From positions 180,406-244,405 of IMG/VR virus record IMGVR_UViG_3300044712_002679: a DNA stretch of 64,000 nt. One strand, written 5' to 3'. Both the position numbers and the translations under genes were made by a program. The notes under the pieces were generated by a model, which saw only the letters and a program-made list of their open reading frames with translations, was not told the origin of the DNA and made no database searches. How positions within the stretch are numbered: position 1 is the first letter of the stretch; the number at the start of each line of letters is the position of its first letter. This document shows positions 56,059-64,000 of this stretch, piece by piece. This stretch comes from a virus.

Positions 56059-56237
56059 GTTATTAAAAATTCTAATTCATTAATGTCTTTTTCCATATTT
56101 TTGCGATGTTGTGGTTCTTTAGAATTATCACCACCTAAAACATTTATTAAGTCTTCATATTGATAACTTACATTTATAGTATATTTGCTTTCTGCAAGTC
56201 TTTTTTTGAGCATTCTTAATACTGTTATTCTTTTCAT
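56040..56237 (-). CDS. Small hypothetical protein
   Basis: 65 aa. Confidence 0.3.
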   Translation of the reverse strand: MKRITVLRMLKKRLAESKYTINVSYQYEDLINVLGGDNSKEPQHRKNMEKDINELEFLITCLKER

Positions 56238-56324
56238 ATATTATTTATAACAAATGTATTTTTTTTATTGGATAATACAAAAAAATTACTTTAAAATTTT
56301 AATATATACAGAAAAAATAAAATT

Positions 56325-56534
56325 ATGATAGAAAAACTTAAAGCAATTTGGGAAAAACTTAAAGTCTGGTTTAAGAAAAATTGGATGATAGTTGTAAATT
56401 ATTTAGTAATATTCTTGGCATATTCAATATGTTATGGAAAAGATGGTGTAGTTGGTGCTGATACTTTATTAGGACTTTGGTTATTTGCATCTGCTGCTTA
56501 TGGTGCATATAAATGGTTTATTAAGAAAAAATAA
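56325..56534 (+). CDS. Small two-TM membrane protein (holin-like architecture)
   Basis: 69 aa with hydrophobic segments MIVVNYLVIFLAYSI and LLGLWLFASAAYGAY and a basic C-terminus. Confidence 0.35.
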   Translation: MIEKLKAIWEKLKVWFKKNWMIVVNYLVIFLAYSICYGKDGVVGADTLLGLWLFASAAYGAYKWFIKKK

Positions 56535-56565
56535 AAAAAGCCACTTTTTCAAGTGGCTTTTTTGT
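56534..56565. terminator. Rho-independent terminator hairpin GCCACTTTTTCAAGTGGC, copy 1
   Basis: aaaaaaagccactttttcaagtggcttttttg. Confidence 0.6.
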
Positions 56566-58474
56566 TTATCATTTCAAATTTATATTGTCCACAATCATAT
56601 ATTCTTGGTATATTTAATTTTGACATAATATTTTTTTCGGTATCATTGCATTTTAATTTCTTTTTAGTGAAATGTTGTTTATTTATTCTTTTATTATTTA
56701 CAATATATTTGTAATTTATTTTACTTTCATAAAGTAAATTGAATCCTAGCATATAATATAATTTACCATCACTCCAGGCTTTGTCTGAATATGAAATAAT
56801 TCGATTGGATTCATAGTTTTTTATAAAATAAGACAACAATTTGGAAGCAGCACCAATAACATTAGTATCTAATTTATTACAAAATCTACTTAAATTCCAT
56901 TCATTTTGTTGTAATTTTTTCCTACCTTCCATTTTATCAAATGTCATTATTGAAACTAATTCGTTATTATAAAATAATCCTATTTTTTTAACTGAATGTA
57001 TAAATCCTTGGATATGATTATTATTAAGAAATTGTCTAATAATATTTATATCATCAATTTCTTTAATTTGACATTTTCTCGCAAATATTTTATTTTCTGT
57101 TAAATTAAGCCAATTTTTTATTTGACTTTTCAATATATCTGACCTAAAATCCCAATCATCTTCCCAAATATAAATAATTCGAATTCCTTTTTCTTTAAAA
57201 TAATTTAGTTTTTTTAAATGCTTATCTTTTTCAATATATTTATCACTATGCCAATATAACCCATTAAATTCAAACCCAATTTTGATGTCAGGTAAAAATA
57301 CATCTATTTCATAATGATCTCTATAATTTTCAATAATTGTTCCATCATATATATTTTGAATAAAATTTTTCAATTCTTTTTCTTTTATTGACACATTAGC
57401 ATCAATTGGATAACATACAGTACAAATTTTGCAATTTCTATATTTTCTTTGAAAATAATTATTTGTAGCAATTTCATAAATATGATCCTTTCCACAGTCA
57501 CATTTAAATTGTGACATTAAACCACCAACATATTGAATATAATTAGAATCTTTTGCTATTATGTAATTATATTTTCTAAAATCTTCTAGAAACATAATAT
57601 TATCAACATCATATCTTTCTTTAAATGTGTTTTTTATTTTATTTTTTATTTCATTATTTTGTGTTGGTCTTTCGAATCCATATTTTATTAAATTAGTATC
57701 TTTAATTTTTGTTTGTATTCCAAATAATGATGCAATGTTAGTTGTACCATATTTTTCTAATAATGTAATATTGACTTTATCTGAAAGTTCTTTTGAACTA
57801 TAAGTAAATCCACTATATTTCATATCAAAAGTTTGTTTCTTTTTTTCTTTCACATCAATATCTTGGGATATATTTTTTAGATTGTATATTTTTAGTGTTG
57901 TATTTTCACGAATATTATTTATTTTTTGTATTTCTTCTGTTGTTTTATTATTCCAAGTGTTTTTAATTTTTAATGATATTTCTTCTTTATTTAAATCATA
58001 TTTAATTTTTTTCGAATCTTTAACATTTTGTATTTGCGAAACATGTTCTACACCATATTTTATTAAATTGGTTTTTTTTATTTTTTCTTTAACATCAGAT
58101 AATTCAAATGTTGATTCTACACCATATTTTAAAAAATTGTTTTCTTTTAACTTTAATGCACCACATTTATATGAACAAGAGTATTTATTAGTTTTTTTAA
58201 TGTTTTCATTATATGTTTTCATTGATACAATTTTTTCGTTACCACAATAATCACATATTACAGGTATTTCTATATGTGAACCCTTTGGTATGTCTGAAAT
58301 TTTCACTATTATACTATCATTATCAGTATTATATCCTAATTTTTCATAGTATTTTTTATTAGAATGATTTATATTTACAATTACATTTTCACAATTTATC
58401 ATAGTTTTATTTTTATTTTTATTGGCAAACAATGTAATATGTTTGATTAAGTATATATAAATACAAAATATCAA
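56549..58474 (-). CDS. Large nuclease-like protein: KYGx repeat modules, a Vsr/DUF559-like PD-(D/E)xK domain, and a C-terminal domain
   Basis: IGFEFNGLYWHSDKYIEKDKHLKKLNYFKEKGIRIIYIWEDDW is homologous to the C-terminus of ORF 205-1230. There are about 5 repeats of LIKYGVE...K.KIKKT. Confidence 0.6.
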   Translation of the reverse strand: MIFCIYIYLIKHITLFANKNKNKTMINCENVIVNINHSNKKYYEKLGYNTDNDSIIVKISDIPKGSHIEIPVICDYCGNEKIVSMKTYNENIKKTNKYSCSYKCGALKLKENNFLKYGVESTFELSDVKEKIKKTNLIKYGVEHVSQIQNVKDSKKIKYDLNKEEISLKIKNTWNNKTTEEIQKINNIRENTTLKIYNLKNISQDIDVKEKKKQTFDMKYSGFTYSSKELSDKVNITLLEKYGTTNIASLFGIQTKIKDTNLIKYGFERPTQNNEIKNKIKNTFKERYDVDNIMFLEDFRKYNYIIAKDSNYIQYVGGLMSQFKCDCGKDHIYEIATNNYFQRKYRNCKICTVCYPIDANVSIKEKELKNFIQNIYDGTIIENYRDHYEIDVFLPDIKIGFEFNGLYWHSDKYIEKDKHLKKLNYFKEKGIRIIYIWEDDWDFRSDILKSQIKNWLNLTENKIFARKCQIKEIDDINIIRQFLNNNHIQGFIHSVKKIGLFYNNELVSIMTFDKMEGRKKLQQNEWNLSRFCNKLDTNVIGAASKLLSYFIKNYESNRIISYSDKAWSDGKLYYMLGFNLLYESKINYKYIVNNKRINKQHFTKKKLKCNDTEKNIMSKLNIPRIYDCGQYKFEMINKKAT

Positions 58475-58521
58475 AAAAAAGCCACTTTTTCAAGTGGCTT
58501 TTTCAAGTGGCTTTTCTTTTT
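58473..58521. terminator. Terminator hairpin GCCACTTTTTCAAGTGGC, copy 2, plus a partial third copy
   Basis: aaaaaaaagccactttttcaagtggctttttcaagtggcttttc. Confidence 0.6.
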
Positions 58522-58534
58522 AAACAAGATAATT

Positions 58535-59467
58535 TTAATTACCATCAATTTCGAAGAAATTACCAGCATCATCATCTTCACCAAAAACTGCACTACTATC
58601 TTCTTTAGTTGATATATTATCAAAGCTTGAACCTGATGCCTGTTTTTCTGTAAGATTAATTTCATTTCCACTAAGAATTTCGAGTATCTGAGAAGCTTTA
58701 TATGCTTCTTCGGCTGTCCATTGTTTAGCTTGATGATCTTCCAAATCAACTGTACGATCAAGTAAGAATTGTCTAACTTTTTCTTTAACTTTAGGATTAG
58801 TAATTTTGTTTTTACCTTTTTCATCTACTGTAACCGGAGCTTTTTGTCCTTGGATTGAAATAGGTGATACAGCTAAAAATGTTGATGAATCATAATTAGG
58901 AAATTCACCTAATTGTTTGATTACAAGACGGAAATCTTTTCCGTTAGCTAAGTCGAATACGTTACAAGGTTCACCTGCTGTACCTTCTTTTTGGTCTTTG
59001 ATTTTTTCCTTGATTTTATAACCATAAGGATAAATCATAATTTTACCTTCAAGATCACGGTTTTGCTCATCTTCGATCACTAAGATGTAAGAATAATACT
59101 TTGTATTTCTACTAATCAATTCTGCTTTTTCAACATCTGAAGCATTTTTTGAATTTTTTAATTTCCAATACATTGTACAGAAATCACACTTGTCAGTGAA
59201 ATTCTTCAAACAATCATAATAACCTGAAAGTTCTGGGTGATTTTTAAAATCAACGTAGTGTTGATGTTTTTCAATAGCTGCTTGCAAAACTTTACCATCT
59301 TTCGATAGGTTAGGGAGAAATCTAATTGTTGCAGTATAACCTTTTTTCTTATCGGTTATTTTTGGGCGATAGATACCATCTAACGCACCAGCTTTTTTGT
59401 CTAGAAAATCTAGCGTTTCATTACCTTCGTCAACATCAAAAATGTCAACATTTTCAAATTCTTTCAT
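58535..59467 (-). CDS. T4 gp32-like single-stranded DNA-binding protein
   Basis: YTATIRFLP matches gp32 VIRFLP. H...C-x9-C-x2-C (HYVDFKNHPELSGYYDCLKNFTDKCDFC) matches the gp32 Zn site. Acidic C-tail EDDDAGNFFEIDGN. Confidence 0.7.
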   Translation of the reverse strand: MKEFENVDIFDVDEGNETLDFLDKKAGALDGIYRPKITDKKKGYTATIRFLPNLSKDGKVLQAAIEKHQHYVDFKNHPELSGYYDCLKNFTDKCDFCTMYWKLKNSKNASDVEKAELISRNTKYYSYILVIEDEQNRDLEGKIMIYPYGYKIKEKIKDQKEGTAGEPCNVFDLANGKDFRLVIKQLGEFPNYDSSTFLAVSPISIQGQKAPVTVDEKGKNKITNPKVKEKVRQFLLDRTVDLEDHQAKQWTAEEAYKASQILEILSGNEINLTEKQASGSSFDNISTKEDSSAVFGEDDDAGNFFEIDGN

Positions 59468-59578
59468 TGCCTTTAAATTATTTTTATGAAGCCTTTTAAG
59501 CCTTAAAATATTGCAAAACCTATAAAGCCTTGTAACATTTTATGATATTTATATTATGATATATAAAAAAAGTTTAAA

Positions 59579-60004
59579 TTATTTATCATAATTGTTTTTA
59601 AATATTAATTTTATCCAAGCATAAGGTTTTCTTGATTTTAAATAATTATTATTTAAATCATTATTATATGCTTCTCTTTCAAATGATATATTTCTATATG
59701 CATCTTTAAAAAAAAACAATTTAATTAACCATTCAATAAAATACCAAATATAAAATGGTAGTATAAACAATTCTAATTGTTGTTGCCAATGAATTTTTTC
59801 ATGATTTATAACCGATATAGATTTGATGTTTTTGACATAAATACCAAATGGGCATAGTGTTATACCTGTAACATATTTACCACAAACAAATTTTAAAAAA
59901 TTAGTAAAGATTTTAATTTTTGGTTCAAACATCCTTTTTTTTCTTTTTTGGTTTAAACGATGAAGATTTTTTATAAAATAAATCACGATCAACACCAACT
60001 TCAT
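59579..60004 (-). CDS. Small hydrophobic protein with an HExxH motif (possible Zn-metallopeptidase)
   Basis: INHEKIHWQQQLE. Confidence 0.35.
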   Translation of the reverse strand: MKLVLIVIYFIKNLHRLNQKRKKRMFEPKIKIFTNFLKFVCGKYVTGITLCPFGIYVKNIKSISVINHEKIHWQQQLELFILPFYIWYFIEWLIKLFFFKDAYRNISFEREAYNNDLNNNYLKSRKPYAWIKLIFKNNYDK

Positions 60005-60293
60005 CCAATTTTTTATTGATCATATTCTGCAAATTATATAAATTAAATTTCCAGAAGTTGTCATAAAATTGTCCAAATTCATCAACATCAAAAATATCTA
60101 CATCTTCAATAGTATTAAGGGTTTGATTTAAAAAATCAATACAAAATTCATCATATGTATATTTGAAATCAATTTTGACTTTTTTTAAATCTTTGTTCAA
60201 TAACGATATCGTATATTTATAATCTTTGTAGTCATTAACAAACGATGTTGTTAATGCTTCTTTCATTACATTTTTTCTTTCTTCTAAATCCAT
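59925..60293 (-). CDS. Hypothetical protein
   Basis: 122 aa, basic C-tail. Confidence 0.4.
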   Translation of the reverse strand: MDLEERKNVMKEALTTSFVNDYKDYKYTISLLNKDLKKVKIDFKYTYDEFCIDFLNQTLNTIEDVDIFDVDEFGQFYDNFWKFNLYNLQNMINKKLDEVGVDRDLFYKKSSSFKPKKKKKDV

Positions 60294-60310
60294 TATATTT
60301 CTTTCTATTT

Positions 60311-61159
60311 TTATAAAATGTTATTTTCTAAATAATTATAAATATATAAAAACGGTTCATAATATTTTTTTGCGATTTCAAAATTATCTTTTATAGCATC
60401 TAACATAGTATTATATTTTTCTATTGTTAAATTATTTAGTATGTCATTTAAATCATCAATATTATCAAATGTTATTATACCATTAATATTAAAAAAATTC
60501 CCAATTGATGGACAACCCCAATATATCGGAACTGTTCCAGTAACAAAACAATCCACAATTTTTTCTGTCCAATAATAATCTTCTTTTGTGTTTTCAGTTA
60601 CAATAGAAAAACAATAATTTTTTAAACCAGTCAATTTGTCAGCTATTGGATTATATCCATTTGTTGATATATCATCGCATCTAGCATTATCACCAAAATT
60701 TCCACCATAAATATCTAATAAATAAGAATATTTATTTATAATAGAATGCCTTAATTTATGACCCACAAGAAAATTTCTAGTAGATGCAATAATTGATATT
60801 AATTTATTTTTTTTATGAATATCTCTATTATAAGTACCAATACGGCTTCCTGAATTTGGACAATATATATAATTTTCACCTTTATCCAATAATTTTTTTA
60901 AATGTGTAAAAACATATAAAAAATTATTATTATTTTTTTCAATCCAATTATAATCGTTAATATTTATCATTGGTGATTCTAAAATCCAAGCTATTGATTG
61001 GTTATTTATATTTGTATTTTGCAAATTATTATCAATATAAATAACAATATCATTTGGATTAATATCAGATTCAAGAATTAATTCAGAAAAATTTTGTAAA
61101 ATGTGCCAATCACTTTTTAATATCAAATTATTTTTACCAATATTAATTCTAAAATACAT
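60311..61159 (-). CDS. Alpha-1,3-fucosyltransferase-like glycosyltransferase (GT10)
   Basis: YCFSIVTENTKEDYYWTEKIVDCFVTGTVPIYWG matches the FucT motif F.FENS...Y.TEK....G.VP. Confidence 0.6.
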   Translation of the reverse strand: MYFRINIGKNNLILKSDWHILQNFSELILESDINPNDIVIYIDNNLQNTNINNQSIAWILESPMININDYNWIEKNNNNFLYVFTHLKKLLDKGENYIYCPNSGSRIGTYNRDIHKKNKLISIIASTRNFLVGHKLRHSIINKYSYLLDIYGGNFGDNARCDDISTNGYNPIADKLTGLKNYCFSIVTENTKEDYYWTEKIVDCFVTGTVPIYWGCPSIGNFFNINGIITFDNIDDLNDILNNLTIEKYNTMLDAIKDNFEIAKKYYEPFLYIYNYLENNIL

Positions 61160-61226
61160 ATTTTTAATTTTATTTTTAATTTGACCTATTGTTAATATAT
61201 ATATATAATTAAAACACGATCATTTT

Positions 61227-62096
61227 ATGAAAATAATACAATCTTTTGCACAATTTGATGATGGTAATTTTTATGTTAATGGTAAATTGAATTATACTGA
61301 AATATATTTAAATTTTTATGTATTTTTATTGTCATTTTTAACATTAAAAAAATATTATAATAATGTTACAATGTATTGTAATAAAAAAGCATATGAAACA
61401 TTTGTAAAATATATTCCATACGACAGAATAATATTGAAAGAAAATAAATATTCACAAAAATATTGGAGTGCATATAAATTAGATGTAATAGAAAATATAA
61501 ATGAACCATTTATACATGTTGATAATGATGTATTTATATTTAATGATTTGTTTAGACCATTTATTGATAATGTAAATAAATATGATTTAATGATTCAATT
61601 TGTAATGGATTGTGATGTTCCAGTAATAGAAAATGTTTGTCCAAAAGAAAAATTTGATTATAAATCTTTTACATGTGGTGTATTAGGAATTAATAATGTA
61701 AAAATTAAAAACAATTATATAAATGACACGAAAAAAATATTTAATCTAATTGAAAATAATATTATTGTAGGTGATTCAGCAAAAATAGGATTTATATTAG
61801 AAGAATTTACATTATATTTAAATACGTGTAAAAATGATTTAAAATACTATGAAGTTATACCATATAATGAAATTAAAAAATATGGAATATATGAATGTTG
61901 TGATAAATATAAATATACACATATGTGGTTTCAAAGTAAATTTACAGAAAATAATATAAAATTAATTAAAAATAAAATAAAAAAGGATTTTCCAGGATAT
62001 TATAATATAGTCGAAAAATATGATTTATTAATATCAGAATCAAATATTGATATTAAATATTATCCAGAATCAAATGTTATTAAAAAAAATGTATAA
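61227..62096 (+). CDS. Hypothetical protein (paralog of the partial ORF at 63825)
   Basis: 289 aa. Shares MYCNKKAYETFVKYIPYD with the 63825 ORF. Confidence 0.45.
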   Translation: MKIIQSFAQFDDGNFYVNGKLNYTEIYLNFYVFLLSFLTLKKYYNNVTMYCNKKAYETFVKYIPYDRIILKENKYSQKYWSAYKLDVIENINEPFIHVDNDVFIFNDLFRPFIDNVNKYDLMIQFVMDCDVPVIENVCPKEKFDYKSFTCGVLGINNVKIKNNYINDTKKIFNLIENNIIVGDSAKIGFILEEFTLYLNTCKNDLKYYEVIPYNEIKKYGIYECCDKYKYTHMWFQSKFTENNIKLIKNKIKKDFPGYYNIVEKYDLLISESNIDIKYYPESNVIKKNV

Positions 62097-62964
62097 ATTA
62101 TCCTTTTGTATAACTTGTATGAATAGATTAAGTTTTTTAGAAAAAACTTTATTATATAATTTAAAATTAATTTATCAATTAAAAGAAAAATATAATATCG
62201 AATTAATTTTAATTAATTATGATAGTAAAGATGAAATGGATATTTTTTTAAATAAAAATGTGTTTAATATGTTTATTGATAAAAAATATTTGATATACAA
62301 AAGAATTTATGATAAAGAGTTTTTTCATCGTTCAAACGCAAAGAACATTGCACATTTAACTGCTACTGGTGATATATTATGTAATTTAGATGTGGATTGT
62401 TATTTATCCGAAGAACTAATAAAAGAAACATATGATACATTTATTGAATATGGTTTAAATATTATTATTCATGGTGTAATTAATTATAATTTTGGATATA
62501 TTTGTTTAAGTAAATATAATTTTAATTTAATTGAAGGTTATGATGAAAATTTATATTATTATGGTTTAGAAGATTATGATATATTAATTAGATTATGTAT
62601 AAAGACAAATTGTAAAATAAAACATTTAAAACAGAATTATTTAAATTTATTGATAGATCATAACGACTCATTAAGAATGACAAATCATTATAATAAATAT
62701 TTTACATCATTTATAAATGCAATTATTGTCAATTATAATTTAAATAATAATATAACAAATCCAAATAATGGTATTTTTGGTATCGAAAATAACAATTTTA
62801 AATTTAAAGAATTATTCGATTATCATTTTTTTACAAAATATATTTTAAATGATGATTATATTTTAAATATATGTAAAGAAAATTATAATAACAAAAAAAT
62901 ATGGTTAGATGAAAAAATATTATCAAATTTTGATATATTTTTAAAAAAATATACAATAAAATGA
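62089..62964 (+). CDS. GT2-like glycosyltransferase
   Basis: Start trimmed to MYKLSFCITCMNRLSF. DxD-like LDVDC. Confidence 0.45.
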   Translation: MYKLSFCITCMNRLSFLEKTLLYNLKLIYQLKEKYNIELILINYDSKDEMDIFLNKNVFNMFIDKKYLIYKRIYDKEFFHRSNAKNIAHLTATGDILCNLDVDCYLSEELIKETYDTFIEYGLNIIIHGVINYNFGYICLSKYNFNLIEGYDENLYYYGLEDYDILIRLCIKTNCKIKHLKQNYLNLLIDHNDSLRMTNHYNKYFTSFINAIIVNYNLNNNITNPNNGIFGIENNNFKFKELFDYHFFTKYILNDDYILNICKENYNNKKIWLDEKILSNFDIFLKKYTIK

Positions 62965-63800
62965 AAAAATTGATATATTACAGTGTTAATTATAAATATA
63001 ATAATTTATTGAAATTATCATTATTTACATTAAGATTACATTATAATGGTGATATTTTAATTATTACTGATTATGATAATTCATTAATATTAAAGAAAGA
63101 TTTAAATGTGTTAAATTTAACTTTTTTGATTGTTGATAATACCAATGAAAAGTTTACATTAGCTTTAAATAGATATAAAATTTTTGAATATGATAAAATT
63201 TTTGAATATGATTCGATACTATATTTAGATTGCGATACATTGATTATTAATGATTTAGATGATATTTTTAAATATACTATTGAACAAAATGGTATTGGTG
63301 TTGTTTGTGAAAATGATGAAAATGGTTATCCCAAATTAATGAATTCTGATAATTTTTTTGGTGTACATTTATTTAATGATATTGAATTAAAATTATATAA
63401 TAATATGATTGGTTTAAATAGTGGAGTATTTTGTTTTTCTCCAACAAAAACATCAAACAAAATTTTCAAAAAAATATATGATTATGCAATAAAAGATTTT
63501 AATAATTTGAATATGCGGGATATATGTAATGCTTGGGGGGATCAACCATATTTCGATTATATATTAATTATTAATAATTGTTATTATTCAATAAATAATT
63601 TTTGTCATATAATTGATTTAAGATTTGATATATTCGAAGCAATAATAACGAATAAAAAAGATTATAATAATTCTAATTTTAAAAAACAAATAAAAGATTA
63701 TAGTATTATACATTTAATTGGTCCAGCTTGGGGAAGTTTTGATAAAAAAATTGAAAAAATATTAAAAGCATTTCCAAAAAAAATAATTAAAGATTTATGA
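62961..63800 (+). CDS. Family 8 glycosyltransferase (LgtC/glycogenin-like)
   Basis: LDCDTLIINDLDDIF (DxD) and NSGVFCF motifs. Confidence 0.6.
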   Translation: MKKLIYYSVNYKYNNLLKLSLFTLRLHYNGDILIITDYDNSLILKKDLNVLNLTFLIVDNTNEKFTLALNRYKIFEYDKIFEYDSILYLDCDTLIINDLDDIFKYTIEQNGIGVVCENDENGYPKLMNSDNFFGVHLFNDIELKLYNNMIGLNSGVFCFSPTKTSNKIFKKIYDYAIKDFNNLNMRDICNAWGDQPYFDYILIINNCYYSINNFCHIIDLRFDIFEAIITNKKDYNNSNFKKQIKDYSIIHLIGPAWGSFDKKIEKILKAFPKKIIKDL

Positions 63801-63824
63801 AAATTGTCCAATCTTATATTCAAT

Positions 63825-64000
63825 CAAAAAATTTTAAAAATAAAAAATTTTATACTTTTTTATTAAATTATTTAGTGTTAAAAAAGAATTATGGTTATGT
63901 TGTTATGTATTGTAATAAAATTGCATATGATAGTTTTATAAAATATATACCTTATGATGAAATAATATTACTAGAAAATAAAAGTTCAATATTATCATAT
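63825..64000 (+). CDS. 5' part of a paralog of 61227-62096 (partial at the window edge)
   Basis: MKIVQSYIQS...VVMYCNKIAYDSFIKYIPYD. Confidence 0.35.

Overview
This 64-kb window is strongly AT-rich (roughly one quarter G+C by eye) and dense with genes on both strands. The evidence fits a large T4-like bacteriophage of a low-GC Bacteroidetes-type host rather than a eukaryotic giant virus. The signals are bacterial: A-run/stem/T-run rho-independent terminators after most transcription units, an initiator tRNA-fMet with a 1:72 mismatch, a type-II tRNA-Tyr, CCA-encoding tRNAs, recurrent TAnnTTTG '-7' promoter motifs, MKK-type signal peptides, and a T4 gp32-like ssDNA-binding protein.

Main content, left to right:
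1. Positions 1-1924 hold a GMP-reductase gene fractured by a naturally split intein, with a free-standing endonuclease gene between the intein halves.
2. Positions 1925-5600 hold small accessory genes, including a GatB/YqeY-domain protein.
3. Positions 6.2-12.8 kb hold about 30 tRNA or tRNA-like genes. Many are aberrant: several lack a D-arm, several carry expanded variable regions or 60-100-nt insertions, and two have type-II bodies with Glu or Cys anticodons. An HNH homing endonuclease sits inside this cluster.
4. Positions 12.8-31.9 kb hold accessory genes: three paralogous HD phosphohydrolases, a GIY-YIG nuclease, a second HNH endonuclease beside a tRNA-Gln trio, a vSET-like SET-domain methyltransferase, an RHH protein, and a Pnk-like polynucleotide 5'-kinase.
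5. Positions 34172-37318 hold six tandem minus-strand genes that overlap translationally. They share a near-identical N-terminus (MKFLKTYKLFE...) and C-terminus (...KKYNIL). The N-terminus resembles the T4 capsid-targeting sequence and its (L/I)xE prohead-protease sites. Members of the same N-terminal family are scattered across the window. I propose this is an array of capsid-packaged, injected effector cassettes. A conserved promoter box (TTTTTGTATCTTTGT) precedes many of the neighbouring minus-strand genes.
6. Positions 37851-52773 and 60311-63800 are a two-part glycan locus. It contains a 1752-aa polyprotein with GT2 x4 and GT32 domains, a UDP-L-RhaNAc/QuiNAc-type trio (PseB/WbvB-like, RmlD/WbvR-like, WecB/WbvD-like), three SAM methyltransferases, a UDP-sugar dehydrogenase, and GT2, GT8 and GT10 enzymes. 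A solo IS200/IS605 TnpB is embedded in it.
7. A 641-aa nuclease-like gene is bracketed by identical terminator hairpins, and the gp32-like SSB gene follows.

All coordinates are hand-derived and tRNA boundaries are approximate (a few nt either way).
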